DNA from: an uncultured delta proteobacterium
GTDB taxonomy: Bacteria; Myxococcota_A; Polyangia; Haliangiales; Haliangiaceae
NCBI GenBank assembly: GCA_963848295.1
Contig: CAWKDB010000010.1
Coordinates: 3,872,001-3,936,000 of the forward strand
DNA length: 64,000 nucleotides
Direction of reading: 5' to 3'
Shown: piece after piece, positions 32,027 through 43,208 of the stretch
Position numbering within the stretch: position 1 is the stretch's first letter
Layout of the letters: each line of letters begins with the position of its first letter
The notes under the pieces: model-generated
What the model saw: the letters and a program-made list of their open reading frames with translations, nothing else
What the model was told of the DNA's origin: nothing
Databases searched by the model: none
Made by a program: the position numbers and the translations under genes

Positions 32027-33021
32027 GGCGCAACCTCGACGCGGTTACGGCCTCGATCCTTCGCGCTGTACATCGCGACATCAGCGCGCTCGATCAGATC
32101 GGGCATCGTCTCGCCTTCGTGCCATTGTGCGATGCCGACCGAGATCCGCAAGATCAGCGCGACCCCGTCGCCGACATCGAACGCGCGCTCGCACACGCGC
32201 TGGCGCATGCGCTCGCCGATCTCCCAGGCGCGTCCGGCGTCGGCCTTCGGCAGCACGACGAGGAACTCTTCGCCGCCGTAGCGCACGAGCAGGTCGCCGC
32301 CGCGGATCGCCCCGCGCAACCGGCGCGCGATCTCAGATAACACGACGTCGCCAGTACCGTGACCATGCTGATCGTTGACCGCCTTGAAATGGTCGACATC
32401 GACGAGCGCGACCGACAGCGGCCGATCGCGATCGATCGCGGCTTCGATCTCCGACGGCAACCGCTGGTGCAGGAACTCGCGGTTGAACGCGCCGGTCAGC
32501 GGGTCGGTCACCGCGACGCGATGCAGACGCACGTTCTCGATATCGAGCGCGATCGTCGTCGCGATGAACTTGACGAGCTCGAGATCGTCGGCGTGAAATG
32601 CGTCTGGCGTCTCGGACGTCGCGGTCACGACGCCGACGCGTTCACCGCGCGAGATCAGCGGCACGCACAGCATCGACGCGATCGGCGTCTGATTCGCGGG
32701 CAGCACGACGTAGCGCGCATCCTTCGCGACATCGTGGATCAGCGCCGCTTCGCCCCGTTCGACGACCCAGCCGGCGACGCCTTCGCCGATCGCGAACGAT
32801 AGCGTGTGCATCCGCTCGGTGCGCAGGCCGTAGGCGGCCTTCGCGAGCAAGCGCTTGCGATCGGCATCGAGCAACATCACCGAGCACGCCTTCGCGCCGA
32901 TCAGCTGGCACACGAGCTCGGCGATCCGCGACAACAGGATCCCCGGATCGAGGTCGGAGCCGACGAGCTTACCGATCTCGAACAGCACTGCAGGCAATCG
33001 CGCGAGCTGCTCGGGGGTCAT
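32023..33021 (-). CDS. GAF-domain diguanylate cyclase
   Basis: GEGVAGWV GAF; DPLTG, DVDHFK, RYGGEEF. Confidence 0.95.
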   Translation of the reverse strand: MTPEQLARLPAVLFEIGKLVGSDLDPGILLSRIAELVCQLIGAKACSVMLLDADRKRLLAKAAYGLRTERMHTLSFAIGEGVAGWVVERGEAALIHDVAKDARYVVLPANQTPIASMLCVPLISRGERVGVVTATSETPDAFHADDLELVKFIATTIALDIENVRLHRVAVTDPLTGAFNREFLHQRLPSEIEAAIDRDRPLSVALVDVDHFKAVNDQHGHGTGDVVLSEIARRLRGAIRGGDLLVRYGGEEFLVVLPKADAGRAWEIGERMRQRVCERAFDVGDGVALILRISVGIAQWHEGETMPDLIERADVAMYSAKDRGRNRVEVAP

Positions 33022-33024
33022 AGA

Positions 33025-33588
<564 letters not shown>

Positions 33589-33635
33589 GGGGCCGAATGT
33601 ACATGAAGGCGACGACCGCGTTCGATCGGGGTACA

Positions 33636-35168
33636 ATGGATCGAATGGTCGTATCGGGCCACGAAGTCGACCCCGCGATCGGCGCGTTGCTCGGCGAGAC
33701 CACGACGGAGATCGATGTCGCCCGCAAGAACCGGGTGTTCTGTAATCGCAATCTCCGGATGGACTCGATCGAGATGATCGGGTTCGACATGGATTACACG
33801 CTCGCGCTGTACCACCAGGACAAGCTCGAGCAGCTGTCGATCGCGCTGACCCTCCAGAAGATGGTCGCGAACCACGGCTATCCGGAAGCGATCCGGGGCC
33901 TCGTCTACGACTCGCGTTGGGCGATCCGCGGCCTGATGGTCGATCGCGAGCTCGGCAACGTGTTCAAGATGGACCGCCACGCGCACGTCGGCCGCTGCTA
34001 CCACGGGTTGCGCGAGCTCGATCCCGAAGAGCGCAAGCACATCTATCGCCACGAGAAGATCAACCTGTCGGCGGATCGCTTCGAGTGGATCGACACGCTG
34101 TTCGGCCTGCCCGAGGCGGTGATGTACACGACGCTCGTCGATTGGTACGACCGCCAAGGCGGGACTGCCAACTACGACAAGCTGTTCGGCGATATCCGCC
34201 GTTCGATCGACGAGGCGCACCGCGACGACACGCTGAAGTCGGTGATCAAGGCGGACCTCGCGGCGTTCATCGTCAAGGATCCGTTGCTCGGCGAGACGCT
34301 TCACAAGTTCCGCAGCTCGGGCAAGAAGCTGTTCGTGCTCACGAACTCGGCATGGGACTACACGAGCGTCGTGATGAGCTACTTGCTCGACGGCGAGCGC
34401 AAGGCCTACCCGTCGTGGCGCAACTACTTCGACATCGTGATCGTCGGCGGCGCGAAGCCGGCGTTCTTCAACGAGCAGCGGCCGTTCGTCGTGATCGATC
34501 CGGTGACCGGCGCGCCTCCCGAGCCGAACGGCCACAACGGAGAGATCAAGCACCTGTCGCGCGACAAGGTCTATCAAGGCGGAAATGTCGTCGCGTTCGA
34601 GCAGATGACCGGCCTCAGGGGCGAGCAGGTGCTCTACATCGGCGATCACATCTACGGCGACATCCTGCGCCTGCGGAAGCAGCACATGTGGCGCACCGCG
34701 ATGGTGCTGCAAGAGCTCGAGCGCGAGATGTCGGTCAGCGATCGGCTCGAAGCGCAGATCGAGGACCTCGCGTTGCTCGATCGCCGTCATCGCAACCTCG
34801 AGTCCGAGATCGACTACCAGACCCTGCGGCTCAAGAAGTTGCAGCGCCTGCTCGACGAGCCGACGACGACGCCGGCGCTGCACGTTCGGCTCGACGACGA
34901 GCGCAAGCAGACGCGCGATAGCCTCGAGTCGCTGCGGGATCGCGCGCAGATGATGGACGTCGAGGTCGACTCGCTCGAGATCCGGATCGATCGCGCGTAC
35001 AACCCGCACTGGGGCAGCTGCCTGCGCGAGGGCAACGAGAACTCGCGGTTCGGCGAGCAGGTCAACGACTACGCCGATCTCTACACGTCGCGCGTGTCGA
35101 ACTTCAGCCCGTACTCGCCGCTGCGGTACTTCCGCGCGCCGCGCCGGCCGATGCCACACGAGATCTAG
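33636..35168 (+). CDS. HAD-IG family 5'-nucleotidase (start approximate)
   Basis: [34 protein letters not shown]. Confidence 0.93.
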   Translation: MDRMVVSGHEVDPAIGALLGETTTEIDVARKNRVFCNRNLRMDSIEMIGFDMDYTLALYHQDKLEQLSIALTLQKMVANHGYPEAIRGLVYDSRWAIRGLMVDRELGNVFKMDRHAHVGRCYHGLRELDPEERKHIYRHEKINLSADRFEWIDTLFGLPEAVMYTTLVDWYDRQGGTANYDKLFGDIRRSIDEAHRDDTLKSVIKADLAAFIVKDPLLGETLHKFRSSGKKLFVLTNSAWDYTSVVMSYLLDGERKAYPSWRNYFDIVIVGGAKPAFFNEQRPFVVIDPVTGAPPEPNGHNGEIKHLSRDKVYQGGNVVAFEQMTGLRGEQVLYIGDHIYGDILRLRKQHMWRTAMVLQELEREMSVSDRLEAQIEDLALLDRRHRNLESEIDYQTLRLKKLQRLLDEPTTTPALHVRLDDERKQTRDSLESLRDRAQMMDVEVDSLEIRIDRAYNPHWGSCLREGNENSRFGEQVNDYADLYTSRVSNFSPYSPLRYFRAPRRPMPHEI

Positions 35169-35183
35169 ATCGGCGCCTGATTC

Positions 35184-37037
35184 TCACAACGGGCGGATCA
35201 CCGAGATCTCACCGCGCGTCCCGCCGAGCACGTCAAGCCGCTCGGGGACGGTGGAGTAGCCCGACGGCGTGCCAACGACGAGGTCGTCGCCGCCGGGGCC
35301 GTCGATCAACGCACCGACGAATTCGACGAGGATCGGCATCCCGAGCGTGTCGCTGGCCGGATTCGTCAGCACCTGCGTCACGCCGGTGTCGAGGCCGGCG
35401 GAGGTGCCGACGTGGACCTCGGCGACGCTCGGCGAGCCGTCGCAATGATGCACACCCGTGCCGGTGCCATCGTGCACGCCGTCGATCTCGAGCAACACGT
35501 CGTCGAAGCCATCGCCGTCGAGGTCACCGCCGCCGATCAGCCAGCCTTGGCGCGGAAAGTTGTCGTACCCAGGCCCGTCGCCGTTCGAGCAACCGGGAAC
35601 GACGTCGACCGGCAGCGTCCATGGCGCGGCTACGCGCAATGTGCTGCTGCCGTACGCGATCACGATCTGCGCGGGCTGGATCCCCTGGAGGTATCCGCCG
35701 CCCTCGAGGTACGTAAACGTGTAGCCCGACGCGCGGAAGCTCCCTACATCGGCGAGGCCGTCGCCGTCGACGTCACCGAGCCCGACGACCTGATCGGTGA
35801 AAGGCAGTCGCGCGATCGTGCGCTGGTACGGATTCGTGCGAGCGCCGGCGAACACGTCGGCGTGGTGGAGCTGGCCGCTGACGACTCGGTCGACCGGATC
35901 GAGCGACTGGACCTCGAGCGCGAGATCGGGGAAGCCATCGCCATCGACATCGCCGACCGGTACGAGCACGTTGCCGGCAGCGGGCGAGAACGGTTGTTCG
36001 TCGTCGGGAACGGCAAACTGGACCACCTCGGGTGCGCCGACCCCGCTCGGACTGCCGTGCAGGATGTCGAGCTCGATGCCGGTGAAGTACGCGATCGTGC
36101 CGCCTTCGTCACCGACCGTAACTCGCGGAGGCAGGGTCAGCTGCACGCCGAGATCGGCGAAGCCATCACCGTCGACGTCGCCGAGCGAGAGCAAGCCGAC
36201 AAGCGTCTCGCCGGTCGGGATCGTGAAAGCGACCGTCTGGACGAGCTGGAGGTTGCTGTCGAGATCGAGCTGATAGCGCATCAGGTTGATCGGGTTGACC
36301 CCGAGCTGCTGCACGGTGACAACCTCGTCGCGGCCGTCGCCGTCGAGATCGAGCACCGGCGTCGCGTACGTGCCGAACGCGTAGTCGGAACCTTCGACAC
36401 TGGCCGTCTTGCCGCTCGCGAGCTCGAGCTCGAGGACTTGCGCCGACGAGTACTGCGACGCCGGCTCGACGCGGAGGATGTCTACCCTGCCATCGCGATC
36501 GAAGTCCGGCTCGAGGCCGAGCGGCTGGATCGTCGGCGCCGCGCCGCCGTTCGAGAAGATCACGCGCGTGGTCGTGTGGTCCGCGCCGATCACTTCGTGA
36601 CCGTCCGGCTGTTGCGAGCGGCCATAGCCGCGCACGAAGTACGCGCCGCGCACGAGCGGGTACGGGAGCGGCGCGCCGGCGGTACCCGTTAGCAGCGCGG
36701 TGACCTCCGAGCACTCGAGGTCGCGGCAGATCTTGACGAGGCTGTCGCTGGCCGCAGGCGACGAGGTCCACGCGACGACCGGGAGGCCCGACGTGCGCGC
36801 GCCCGAGATTGGCGATTGCAGGGTCGGAGCGCCGGGCTCCGCGATGCAGGTCTCGACCACGGTGTCGCACACCGTGCCGACGTCGCATCCGCCAGGGCAT
36901 GTGCGGTTGCGGTCCGAGTCCGGATCGCTGTCGGCGCCGTCGGCCTTGCCGCCGCTGGGCGGTAGCTGCGTCTGCGATGCGGCCGAGCAGCCGAGCGCGG
37001 ACAGCAGCACGGCGCAGATGAGGTCAGTTCGCTTCAT
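35184..37037 (-). CDS. FG-GAP/VCBS-repeat lipoprotein
   Basis: SALGC lipobox, GGKADG, multiple [10 protein letters not shown] repeats. Confidence 0.88.
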   Translation of the reverse strand: MKRTDLICAVLLSALGCSAASQTQLPPSGGKADGADSDPDSDRNRTCPGGCDVGTVCDTVVETCIAEPGAPTLQSPISGARTSGLPVVAWTSSPAASDSLVKICRDLECSEVTALLTGTAGAPLPYPLVRGAYFVRGYGRSQQPDGHEVIGADHTTTRVIFSNGGAAPTIQPLGLEPDFDRDGRVDILRVEPASQYSSAQVLELELASGKTASVEGSDYAFGTYATPVLDLDGDGRDEVVTVQQLGVNPINLMRYQLDLDSNLQLVQTVAFTIPTGETLVGLLSLGDVDGDGFADLGVQLTLPPRVTVGDEGGTIAYFTGIELDILHGSPSGVGAPEVVQFAVPDDEQPFSPAAGNVLVPVGDVDGDGFPDLALEVQSLDPVDRVVSGQLHHADVFAGARTNPYQRTIARLPFTDQVVGLGDVDGDGLADVGSFRASGYTFTYLEGGGYLQGIQPAQIVIAYGSSTLRVAAPWTLPVDVVPGCSNGDGPGYDNFPRQGWLIGGGDLDGDGFDDVLLEIDGVHDGTGTGVHHCDGSPSVAEVHVGTSAGLDTGVTQVLTNPASDTLGMPILVEFVGALIDGPGGDDLVVGTPSGYSTVPERLDVLGGTRGEISVIRPL

Positions 37038-37170
37038 GGCGGCAGCCATATAGAGGCCCCGGACTGCCAAGCTCAACGACGGGTTTGTAACGAGTCCGCT
37101 ACCGCGAGCTTTGCGACAGTGATCACTAAACGGTTACTGGCATTGTCACTGATGTTGTAGCCTCGCTCGC

Positions 37171-37569
37171 GTGCGTACCTGGTGGCTCGTCGCGGTGCTG
37201 ATCGCGTGCGGCGACGCGGGGCGAGCGAAAGACTGCGACCAGCTCGCGGCGATGCTAAAGCCCGTGGGCGAGATGCCACCTCGCTACGACGAGTGGTCAG
37301 AGCTCGGCACGCACGATTGGCAGAATCCCGATGTACGCGCCACGGTGCACCAGTTTGTTGCGCCGTTTCGAATCGCACAATCCGGGCGCGACCCGATGGC
37401 GCGGTCTTTGTTCCCGACGGTTCGCACCTCGTTCGCGGGGATCGACTTCGGCTGGACGCTCTATACGCCTTACACGGTGGCTCCGCGCAATGACGCGTTC
37501 TCCTATCGTCGACGACCCGGTCGGTTCGCCGCGCTGCGTTCGGTGTGTCCGGCGATCTCGAGCGACTGA
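37171..37569 (+). CDS. Hypothetical lipoprotein
   Basis: MRTWWLVAVLIAC lipobox. Confidence 0.55.
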   Translation: MRTWWLVAVLIACGDAGRAKDCDQLAAMLKPVGEMPPRYDEWSELGTHDWQNPDVRATVHQFVAPFRIAQSGRDPMARSLFPTVRTSFAGIDFGWTLYTPYTVAPRNDAFSYRRRPGRFAALRSVCPAISSD

Positions 37570-37570
37570 G

Positions 37571-38164
37571 TTACTTGATCACGAGCGAGCTCGCGATCGC
37601 GGCGCACGCGCTCCGCGATGTCGCGCCTTCGGGACCGACGCAGTTCAGCTGGTACATCCGCGCTTGCTCGGCGACGATGAGATACCAGCCGTACAAGCGG
37701 CGATGGTCCGCGGTGGTGACTTCGAAGACCTGAGTAGCTCGGCCTGCGAGCATTCCGGTCTCGTTCTTCGCGACCTTGCCACCGGCGGCGTCGGCGAGCG
37801 TCTGCGGCACGGACGCCAACGTGCCCGCAATCTCGGGCGGGATCGCGCCGTCCTCGACCGTGGCGATCGCAAACTGCACGTCGACCGGACTCCCCGGCAT
37901 CACCGCCTGCGCGTTGAACACCTCGACACCGCTCTGCGACATCATCTCGCCGGTGATCGTCGGCTTCTGCGGCAGCGTGATCGTCACGTGGCCACTGCCG
38001 TCGCTGACCACGAACGCGCCGGCTGTTTCGGTCACGTTCAGCGAACCATGCTTGCGAACATCGCCGTCGCTCGTCGCCGGGGCCTTGACCTCGACTGCGA
38101 TCGGTGTCGGTTCCGACTTCTTGCACGCGGCGACGATGCAGAGCACGAGTACGAGCCGGTTCAT
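37571..38164 (-). CDS. Hypothetical lipoprotein
   Basis: MNRLVLVLCIVAACKK lipobox. Confidence 0.75.
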   Translation of the reverse strand: MNRLVLVLCIVAACKKSEPTPIAVEVKAPATSDGDVRKHGSLNVTETAGAFVVSDGSGHVTITLPQKPTITGEMMSQSGVEVFNAQAVMPGSPVDVQFAIATVEDGAIPPEIAGTLASVPQTLADAAGGKVAKNETGMLAGRATQVFEVTTADHRRLYGWYLIVAEQARMYQLNCVGPEGATSRSACAAIASSLVIK

Positions 38165-38177
38165 GGCGGGCACTGTC

Positions 38178-39749
38178 TCACGGCGCCGGCGGGCGCGGCA
38201 GCTCGAGCGGGGCGGTGACGCCGAGCCACTTCGCGAGCATCGGCGCGATCTGCGTCGTCGGAATCTCGCCGGTCGGTGCGGTCGGCGCGGGATGGTTCGC
38301 GCGCTTGCCCGGCGGCACGACGAGCACCGGGACGAGGCGATCGTAGTCGTGCAGCGAGCCGTGCGCCGTCGCGAGTGGGGCATCGTCACTCTCGGTGATC
38401 CAGCCCTTCGCCGGCATGTAGAACAAGTCGCCGCTGCGCTCGGGATCGAACGAGTTGCACAGTGCTCGCGCATCGCCGGTGCGCGTCTCGCAATGGCCTT
38501 CGTACGGCGCGGTGCGATCGACCTTCTCGAGGCCGGGGAATGCGCGCAACGCGAACACGACGCGCCGCATCGCCGCGTCGAGCTCGCCCTTCGGCTGCGC
38601 GAGCATCGCCTTCGAGAAGTAGATGTTCGGGAAGTGTGCGTTGTCGATCCACGTGCCCGGGCCGAGCACCGCCGACGCCGCATCGTTCGCCGCCTTCTGG
38701 ATCTCGCTGTACTTGATCCGACCGCCGCCGAGGCGCTCGGGCATCGGGCTCGCGCCGTGATCGCTCGTCACGATCATCCCCCACGCGCCGGCGCCGACCG
38801 CGCGATCGAGCTCGCCGAGGAATTGCCCGAGCCGCGCGTCGAGGCGGAGGTCGCCGTCCCAGGTCTCCCACGACTCTTGCCCCCACGCGTGGCCGATGAA
38901 GTCGTGCGCCGACAGGCTGACGATGAGCAGATCGGGCGAGCGATGCGTGCCGAGGTGCTCGCCGGCGATCGCGGCGAGCGCGGTGTCGAACACGAGGTCG
39001 TTGCCGGCGGGCGCCGCGAAGATCGCGTCGTTGGGGTCCTTCGTCGCGCCGAGGTCGTGCGGGAACGTCGTGCCGAGCCCTCGGTCGCCGACCTCGCCGG
39101 GTTGGTCGTCGGGCACGCCCGACAGCTCCGCGAGATGCGCGGGATCGAGCGGCGTCCAGACCTCGTGCGTGCGCGCCGCGATCGGATGGCTCCGGTCGAG
39201 CTCGGCGAGCCATGCCGGCGGCTGTTGGCTCGTCATCTCGCCGGTCTTCGAGTCGTACCAGACCGCGAGCCCGCTGTGGCCGAGCGCCAGGATCGCGGCG
39301 CGATCTTTGAGGCTGATCGCGACCGCTTTCGCGCCGGTGTGCGCCGCCGCGATCGAATCGCCGAGCCCCGGCACGCGCAGCCACACCGCGCTCGTCGAGC
39401 CGTCCTCGGCTTCGGCCGCCTTGAGCGAGCGCCCGAGATCGCGATGCCACCACTCGTTCGAGACGATACCGCTGATCGAGGTCGGCGCGCCGGTGCCGAG
39501 CAACGCGTGCCCGGGCGCGGTCAGCGTCGCGGCGGTCGGATTGCGACCGACGAGCCACTCCCCGGCATCGAGCAAGCGATCGAAACCGCCGCCGTGCAGC
39601 GCGGGTCGCTTCGCTTCGAACGACCACTCCGGCCACTGATCGACGACGACGAGCACGACGAGCTTGGTGCCGGCGGCCGGCTTCGGATGGCTCGGTGCCG
39701 AGCAGGCGACGACCAGCATCGCCAGGAGCGCGCGCTGCATCGTCGGCAT
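38178..39749 (-). CDS. Alkaline phosphatase family (PafA-like) lipoprotein
   Basis: VVVDQ, TAPGHA, ISLKDRAAI, DFIGH, TSDHG, HGS. Confidence 0.92.
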   Translation of the reverse strand: MPTMQRALLAMLVVACSAPSHPKPAAGTKLVVLVVVDQWPEWSFEAKRPALHGGGFDRLLDAGEWLVGRNPTAATLTAPGHALLGTGAPTSISGIVSNEWWHRDLGRSLKAAEAEDGSTSAVWLRVPGLGDSIAAAHTGAKAVAISLKDRAAILALGHSGLAVWYDSKTGEMTSQQPPAWLAELDRSHPIAARTHEVWTPLDPAHLAELSGVPDDQPGEVGDRGLGTTFPHDLGATKDPNDAIFAAPAGNDLVFDTALAAIAGEHLGTHRSPDLLIVSLSAHDFIGHAWGQESWETWDGDLRLDARLGQFLGELDRAVGAGAWGMIVTSDHGASPMPERLGGGRIKYSEIQKAANDAASAVLGPGTWIDNAHFPNIYFSKAMLAQPKGELDAAMRRVVFALRAFPGLEKVDRTAPYEGHCETRTGDARALCNSFDPERSGDLFYMPAKGWITESDDAPLATAHGSLHDYDRLVPVLVVPPGKRANHPAPTAPTGEIPTTQIAPMLAKWLGVTAPLELPRPPAP

Positions 39750-40577
39750 CTAGTGCCACAACGACGACAAGAGGTCGACGAGCGCTCCGCCCGAGCCGTA
39801 CGACGACACCCGTGGATCGATCGAGACTTGCAGCTTGTCCGCGCGCGCCTCGTCGCGTTCGCGGCGGATCTGATCGCGCATGCGCTCGAGGTCCTTGCGC
39901 TGCGCCTCTTCGAGCCCGCCCTGCATGACGAACTCGATGATCACCGGTAGCTCGCCGGCATCGAAGTACGTGCCGTGAGCGCGACAGACGTCGACGATCA
40001 CGCCGGTGCCCGCCGCGAACAGCTTGCGATTCATGATCTGCGCGCAGATCGGACACTTCACGTACATCTTGTCCGCCGGGCGCGTCATCGAGACCTCGTG
40101 CTTCGGGATCGCACCGAGCAGCGCGTCGGCGCGAGACTGCGCGCGATCGAAGATCACGCGCTTGATCGCGGTCTGATCGAGGAACAGCCCGAGGCACTGG
40201 CCGCACTCGTCGATCACGATGTCGGCGACGAGCCGCGCGCGCAGCGCGGTCGTGCAGCGCGGGCACGGCCGATCCTTGAGCGTCTCGCCGACCGCCGCGA
40301 CATCGAGCTCGGACCCGCACTCCGGGCAATGTTTGTGGCCCGCGAACACGCGCGACATGCAACGCGGGCACGCCTTGAGCAACAGCTCTTCGTTGCAGTA
40401 CTGGCACTTCGATGCGGTCGGCGACACGCCGCCGCCGCAATGCGGGCACATCAACAGGCCGGCTTGCTTCGGCTCGTGCAGCGTCATCATCGTGCCGCAT
40501 CGGCAGCGGAACTGCTGGCCGTCTTGGTGACCGGTGACGTCGTACCGGGTGTCGCACGAGGGGCACGCGAGGATCAT
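39750..40577 (-). CDS. Multi zinc-ribbon (zf-TFIIB-like) protein
   Basis: Many CxxC pairs; DEC..C.G.FLD, DVC..HG.YFDAGEL. Confidence 0.85.
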   Translation of the reverse strand: MILACPSCDTRYDVTGHQDGQQFRCRCGTMMTLHEPKQAGLLMCPHCGGGVSPTASKCQYCNEELLLKACPRCMSRVFAGHKHCPECGSELDVAAVGETLKDRPCPRCTTALRARLVADIVIDECGQCLGLFLDQTAIKRVIFDRAQSRADALLGAIPKHEVSMTRPADKMYVKCPICAQIMNRKLFAAGTGVIVDVCRAHGTYFDAGELPVIIEFVMQGGLEEAQRKDLERMRDQIRRERDEARADKLQVSIDPRVSSYGSGGALVDLLSSLWH

Positions 40578-42469
40578 CGCGGCGATGATAGCGCGATCGG
40601 GACCACGCGCTCGAATGCCACGTAGCGAGAACTGCGCGCGCGAGCGAGCGCTTGCTCGTACAGGGTGCGTTGCGCGCCGGGGAGCTCGCCGGCGAGCCGG
40701 GCTTCGTAGAGGTGCTCGTAGTAGTCGTCGGGGTGGACCTCGACGGTGATTCGCGCGGCGGTCGCCTCGGCTGTCCGGCCGCCGGACCAGGCGCGCGCCA
40801 TCGCGACATGCTCGCCCGGAGGGATCCGGGTATCGGCGCGCTCGTGCCAGCGGCCATCGAAGTAGACGTCGCGGCCGATCCGTAGCGAGTCCGCCGCGCC
40901 GGCGATCGCGGCGCCCGTGCAATCGACGAGCGCGATCCTCAGCCAGACCGCGGGAGTCGGCGTGGTCGGCAAGTCATGACCGGCGCCGATGTTCTCGAGC
41001 TCGGCGAGGACGGTGACGCGGTCGCTAGCCGGGACCCGCGCCCGGCCAGCAGCGCCGCCGAATGGCGGTGCGGTTAGATCGCTGCGATGCGCGCTCGCGG
41101 TCAGCTTCGCGCCCTGGCGGAACGTGGTCGGATCGTGAATGCCGAGCCAGGTGTGCTCGCGGTTCGGCATGTGGCAGCTCTGGCACTCGATGCCGCGCGG
41201 CATGTACGGACCTTCGAGCCACTCGCGATAGGTGTCGAGCAACGGCCGGCCGGCCACCGCGGTGCGCGCCGGCAGCTGGTGACACGGCATGCAGAAGTCG
41301 GCGCGCTCGTAGATCGTCTGCTCGACGCGCGGATAGCCCGGCGCCGCGAGCAACGTCGGCGACAGGTTCGGCGGGCCGTGCCGGACCCAGCCTCGAACGT
41401 GACACGCCGCGCACGTCGCGCCCTCGGTCGCGAGCTCGAGGTCGGCGCGCTGTTCGGCCAGCGGCGTGTGGCAACGCGGGCAGGTCTCGGGCTCGTCGCG
41501 CAGCCCGTGCGCGACCTGCGCCGAAAATCCCGGCGATGCGGCGGCGGCGTGCAGCGACGGCTGCCACTCGCGCACTTGCTTCGCGTGACAGCGGCCGCAT
41601 TGGCGAGCTGACAATGACGCCTCGGCCGGCGCGAGCTGAGCCAACGGCGGACCTTGCGCCGGGATCGCGGCGGGGAACAGCTGCGCACCGTCGCCCGCCG
41701 CCGGGTAGACGCCGACGATCGAGGTGTCGCTGGCGATCGCGCGACTCGGCAACGCGCGGTGATCCGCGGTCGCGCCCGCGCCGAGCGCGAGCACGTGATC
41801 GGCGAGCGACCAGACATCGTCGGGCTTGACCACGCCGTCGAACGCCGGCATCTGCGTGCCGCTGAGCCCGGTCAGGATGCTCATCGCGACCGCGGCGCGC
41901 TCGGCGCCCGGCGCGTGCGGGCGGTGGATCGGCTCGACCGCGAGGTCGTACGGCGGGATCGCGTAGGCCTTCGCGCTCGGACCATCGCCGCGGCCGTGCT
42001 CGCCGTGGCACGCCTCGCACAACTGCGTCCACAGCTGCGCGCCGCGGCCCGGATCTCCCGGCCGCGATGGCCCGAGCGCGATCGCGGCGCTCGCTGCGAA
42101 CGGCTTCGGCGCGAAGGCCCTGACGACATCGATCGCGCGATCGATCTGCCAGGCCGTGAGTATGTCGCCGAACGCGGGCATCGACGTGCCGTCGGCACCC
42201 CAGCGCACGGTCGCTCGCAGGTCGTCCTCGAGCGGATCTTGGCCGACTGGCGTCGACCGCCACTTGAACTGGCCATCGGTGAAGGCGCGCGGCGGACGCT
42301 GCGTGAACGCGGCGCCGGGGCCACGGCCATCGCCGGCTTCGCCGTGGCACGCGGCACAACGCGTGAGATAGATCGACCAACCTGGCAACGCCTGCGGATC
42401 GCCGGCGGCGCGCGCGGCCGGCGCGATCGCGATCGTCGCGGCAACTGTTACAGCGACGCAAAACCGCAC
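40574..42469 (-). CDS. Multiheme c-type cytochrome (7 CxxCH)
   Basis: Signal peptide; CAACH, CEACH, CGRCH, CPRCH, CAACH, CMPCH, CQSCH. Confidence 0.92.
   Translation of the reverse strand: MRFCVAVTVAATIAIAPAARAAGDPQALPGWSIYLTRCAACHGEAGDGRGPGAAFTQRPPRAFTDGQFKWRSTPVGQDPLEDDLRATVRWGADGTSMPAFGDILTAWQIDRAIDVVRAFAPKPFAASAAIALGPSRPGDPGRGAQLWTQLCEACHGEHGRGDGPSAKAYAIPPYDLAVEPIHRPHAPGAERAAVAMSILTGLSGTQMPAFDGVVKPDDVWSLADHVLALGAGATADHRALPSRAIASDTSIVGVYPAAGDGAQLFPAAIPAQGPPLAQLAPAEASLSARQCGRCHAKQVREWQPSLHAAAASPGFSAQVAHGLRDEPETCPRCHTPLAEQRADLELATEGATCAACHVRGWVRHGPPNLSPTLLAAPGYPRVEQTIYERADFCMPCHQLPARTAVAGRPLLDTYREWLEGPYMPRGIECQSCHMPNREHTWLGIHDPTTFRQGAKLTASAHRSDLTAPPFGGAAGRARVPASDRVTVLAELENIGAGHDLPTTPTPAVWLRIALVDCTGAAIAGAADSLRIGRDVYFDGRWHERADTRIPPGEHVAMARAWSGGRTAEATAARITVEVHPDDYYEHLYEARLAGELPGAQRTLYEQALARARSSRYVAFERVVPIALSSPR
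41022..41078. repeat. 57-bp two-hairpin element in frame within the cytochrome gene
   Basis: TCGCT recurs at 41022 and 41079; similar to the mutY repeat unit. Confidence 0.75.
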
Positions 42470-42516
42470 GAGGACCAGGCTGCAACAAACCCGAGGGCCA
42501 TGCTATCTCCCGCCGC

Positions 42517-42650
42517 ATGATCCGCACGAAGATCCTTGGCCTGGGCAGCTACGTGCCGGACCGGATCGTGCCGAACGAGGAGCTCCATTCCTCGATGATC
42601 AGCACGTCCGACAGGCGACGCAGCAAACCGAAACCAGCGACGCCTGATCT
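42517..42650 (+). pseudogene. 5' fragment of a FabH-like 3-oxoacyl-ACP synthase III
   Basis: MIRTKILGLGSYVPDRIVPNEEL, then shifted frame FLDDQHVRQATQQTETSDA; nothing further. Confidence 0.7.
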
Positions 42651-42657
42651 TCACGCT

Positions 42658-42930
42658 ATGAATATCGTCGACATGGTCAAGGACGCCACCCGTGATACGC
42701 TGGATGAGATGGCCGGCGCACGTGTGGTCCACTGGAATGGCAAGGATGTTCCCGATGAGCTACGCGAGCTGCCGGCGGGCGCCTACCTCCTCGAGCCAGT
42801 GGATCGATCCCCGCCGCTGACCGCCGAAGAAGAGGATGGGCTGCGAGCGGCGATGGCATCGCTTCGCGCCGACACGGGCCGCACCGTCGATCAGGTACGG
42901 CAGAGCATCGACACGATCCTCCGCCGGTGA
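42658..42930 (+). CDS. Putative antitoxin (start uncertain)
   Basis: LTAEEEDGLRAAMASL..DTG.TVDQV; GTGA overlap with RelE/ParE gene. Confidence 0.6.
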   Translation: MNIVDMVKDATRDTLDEMAGARVVHWNGKDVPDELRELPAGAYLLEPVDRSPPLTAEEEDGLRAAMASLRADTGRTVDQVRQSIDTILRR

Positions 42931-43208
42931 CGATCTACTTCTCGCCGGAGGCGGAGGATGACCTCGCTGGCGTCATCGGCTATCTCGAAGCGGAATCCGA
43001 TCGCGGCGGCCGAGCTCGGACGCCGAATCTTCGAGATCATCGACAAGCTCGCACGTGGCGATTCGATGGACCTGAGCAGGCGCTGACGACGGGTGAGGTC
43101 GTGCATAGCTGGCCGGTACCCCCGCTACGCATCTACTACCAACGACACGTCGACACGTTCTGGGTATTGCGGATCTATCATCAGGCACAGCCTCCCATCA
43201 CTCGGTGA
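42927..43208 (+). CDS. RelE/ParE-family toxin with apparent compensating frameshifts
   Basis: IYFSPEAEDDL..VIGYL, PLRIYY, VLRIYH. Confidence 0.75.
   Translation: MTIYFSPEAEDDLAGVIGYLEAESDRGGRARTPNLRDHRQARTWRFDGPEQALTTGEVVHSWPVPPLRIYYQRHVDTFWVLRIYHQAQPPITR

Noticed and set aside
37085..37150. GGTTACT/TGTCAC motifs shared with 2681-2696
   Set aside because: Too short and in different order; cannot be told from chance by eye.
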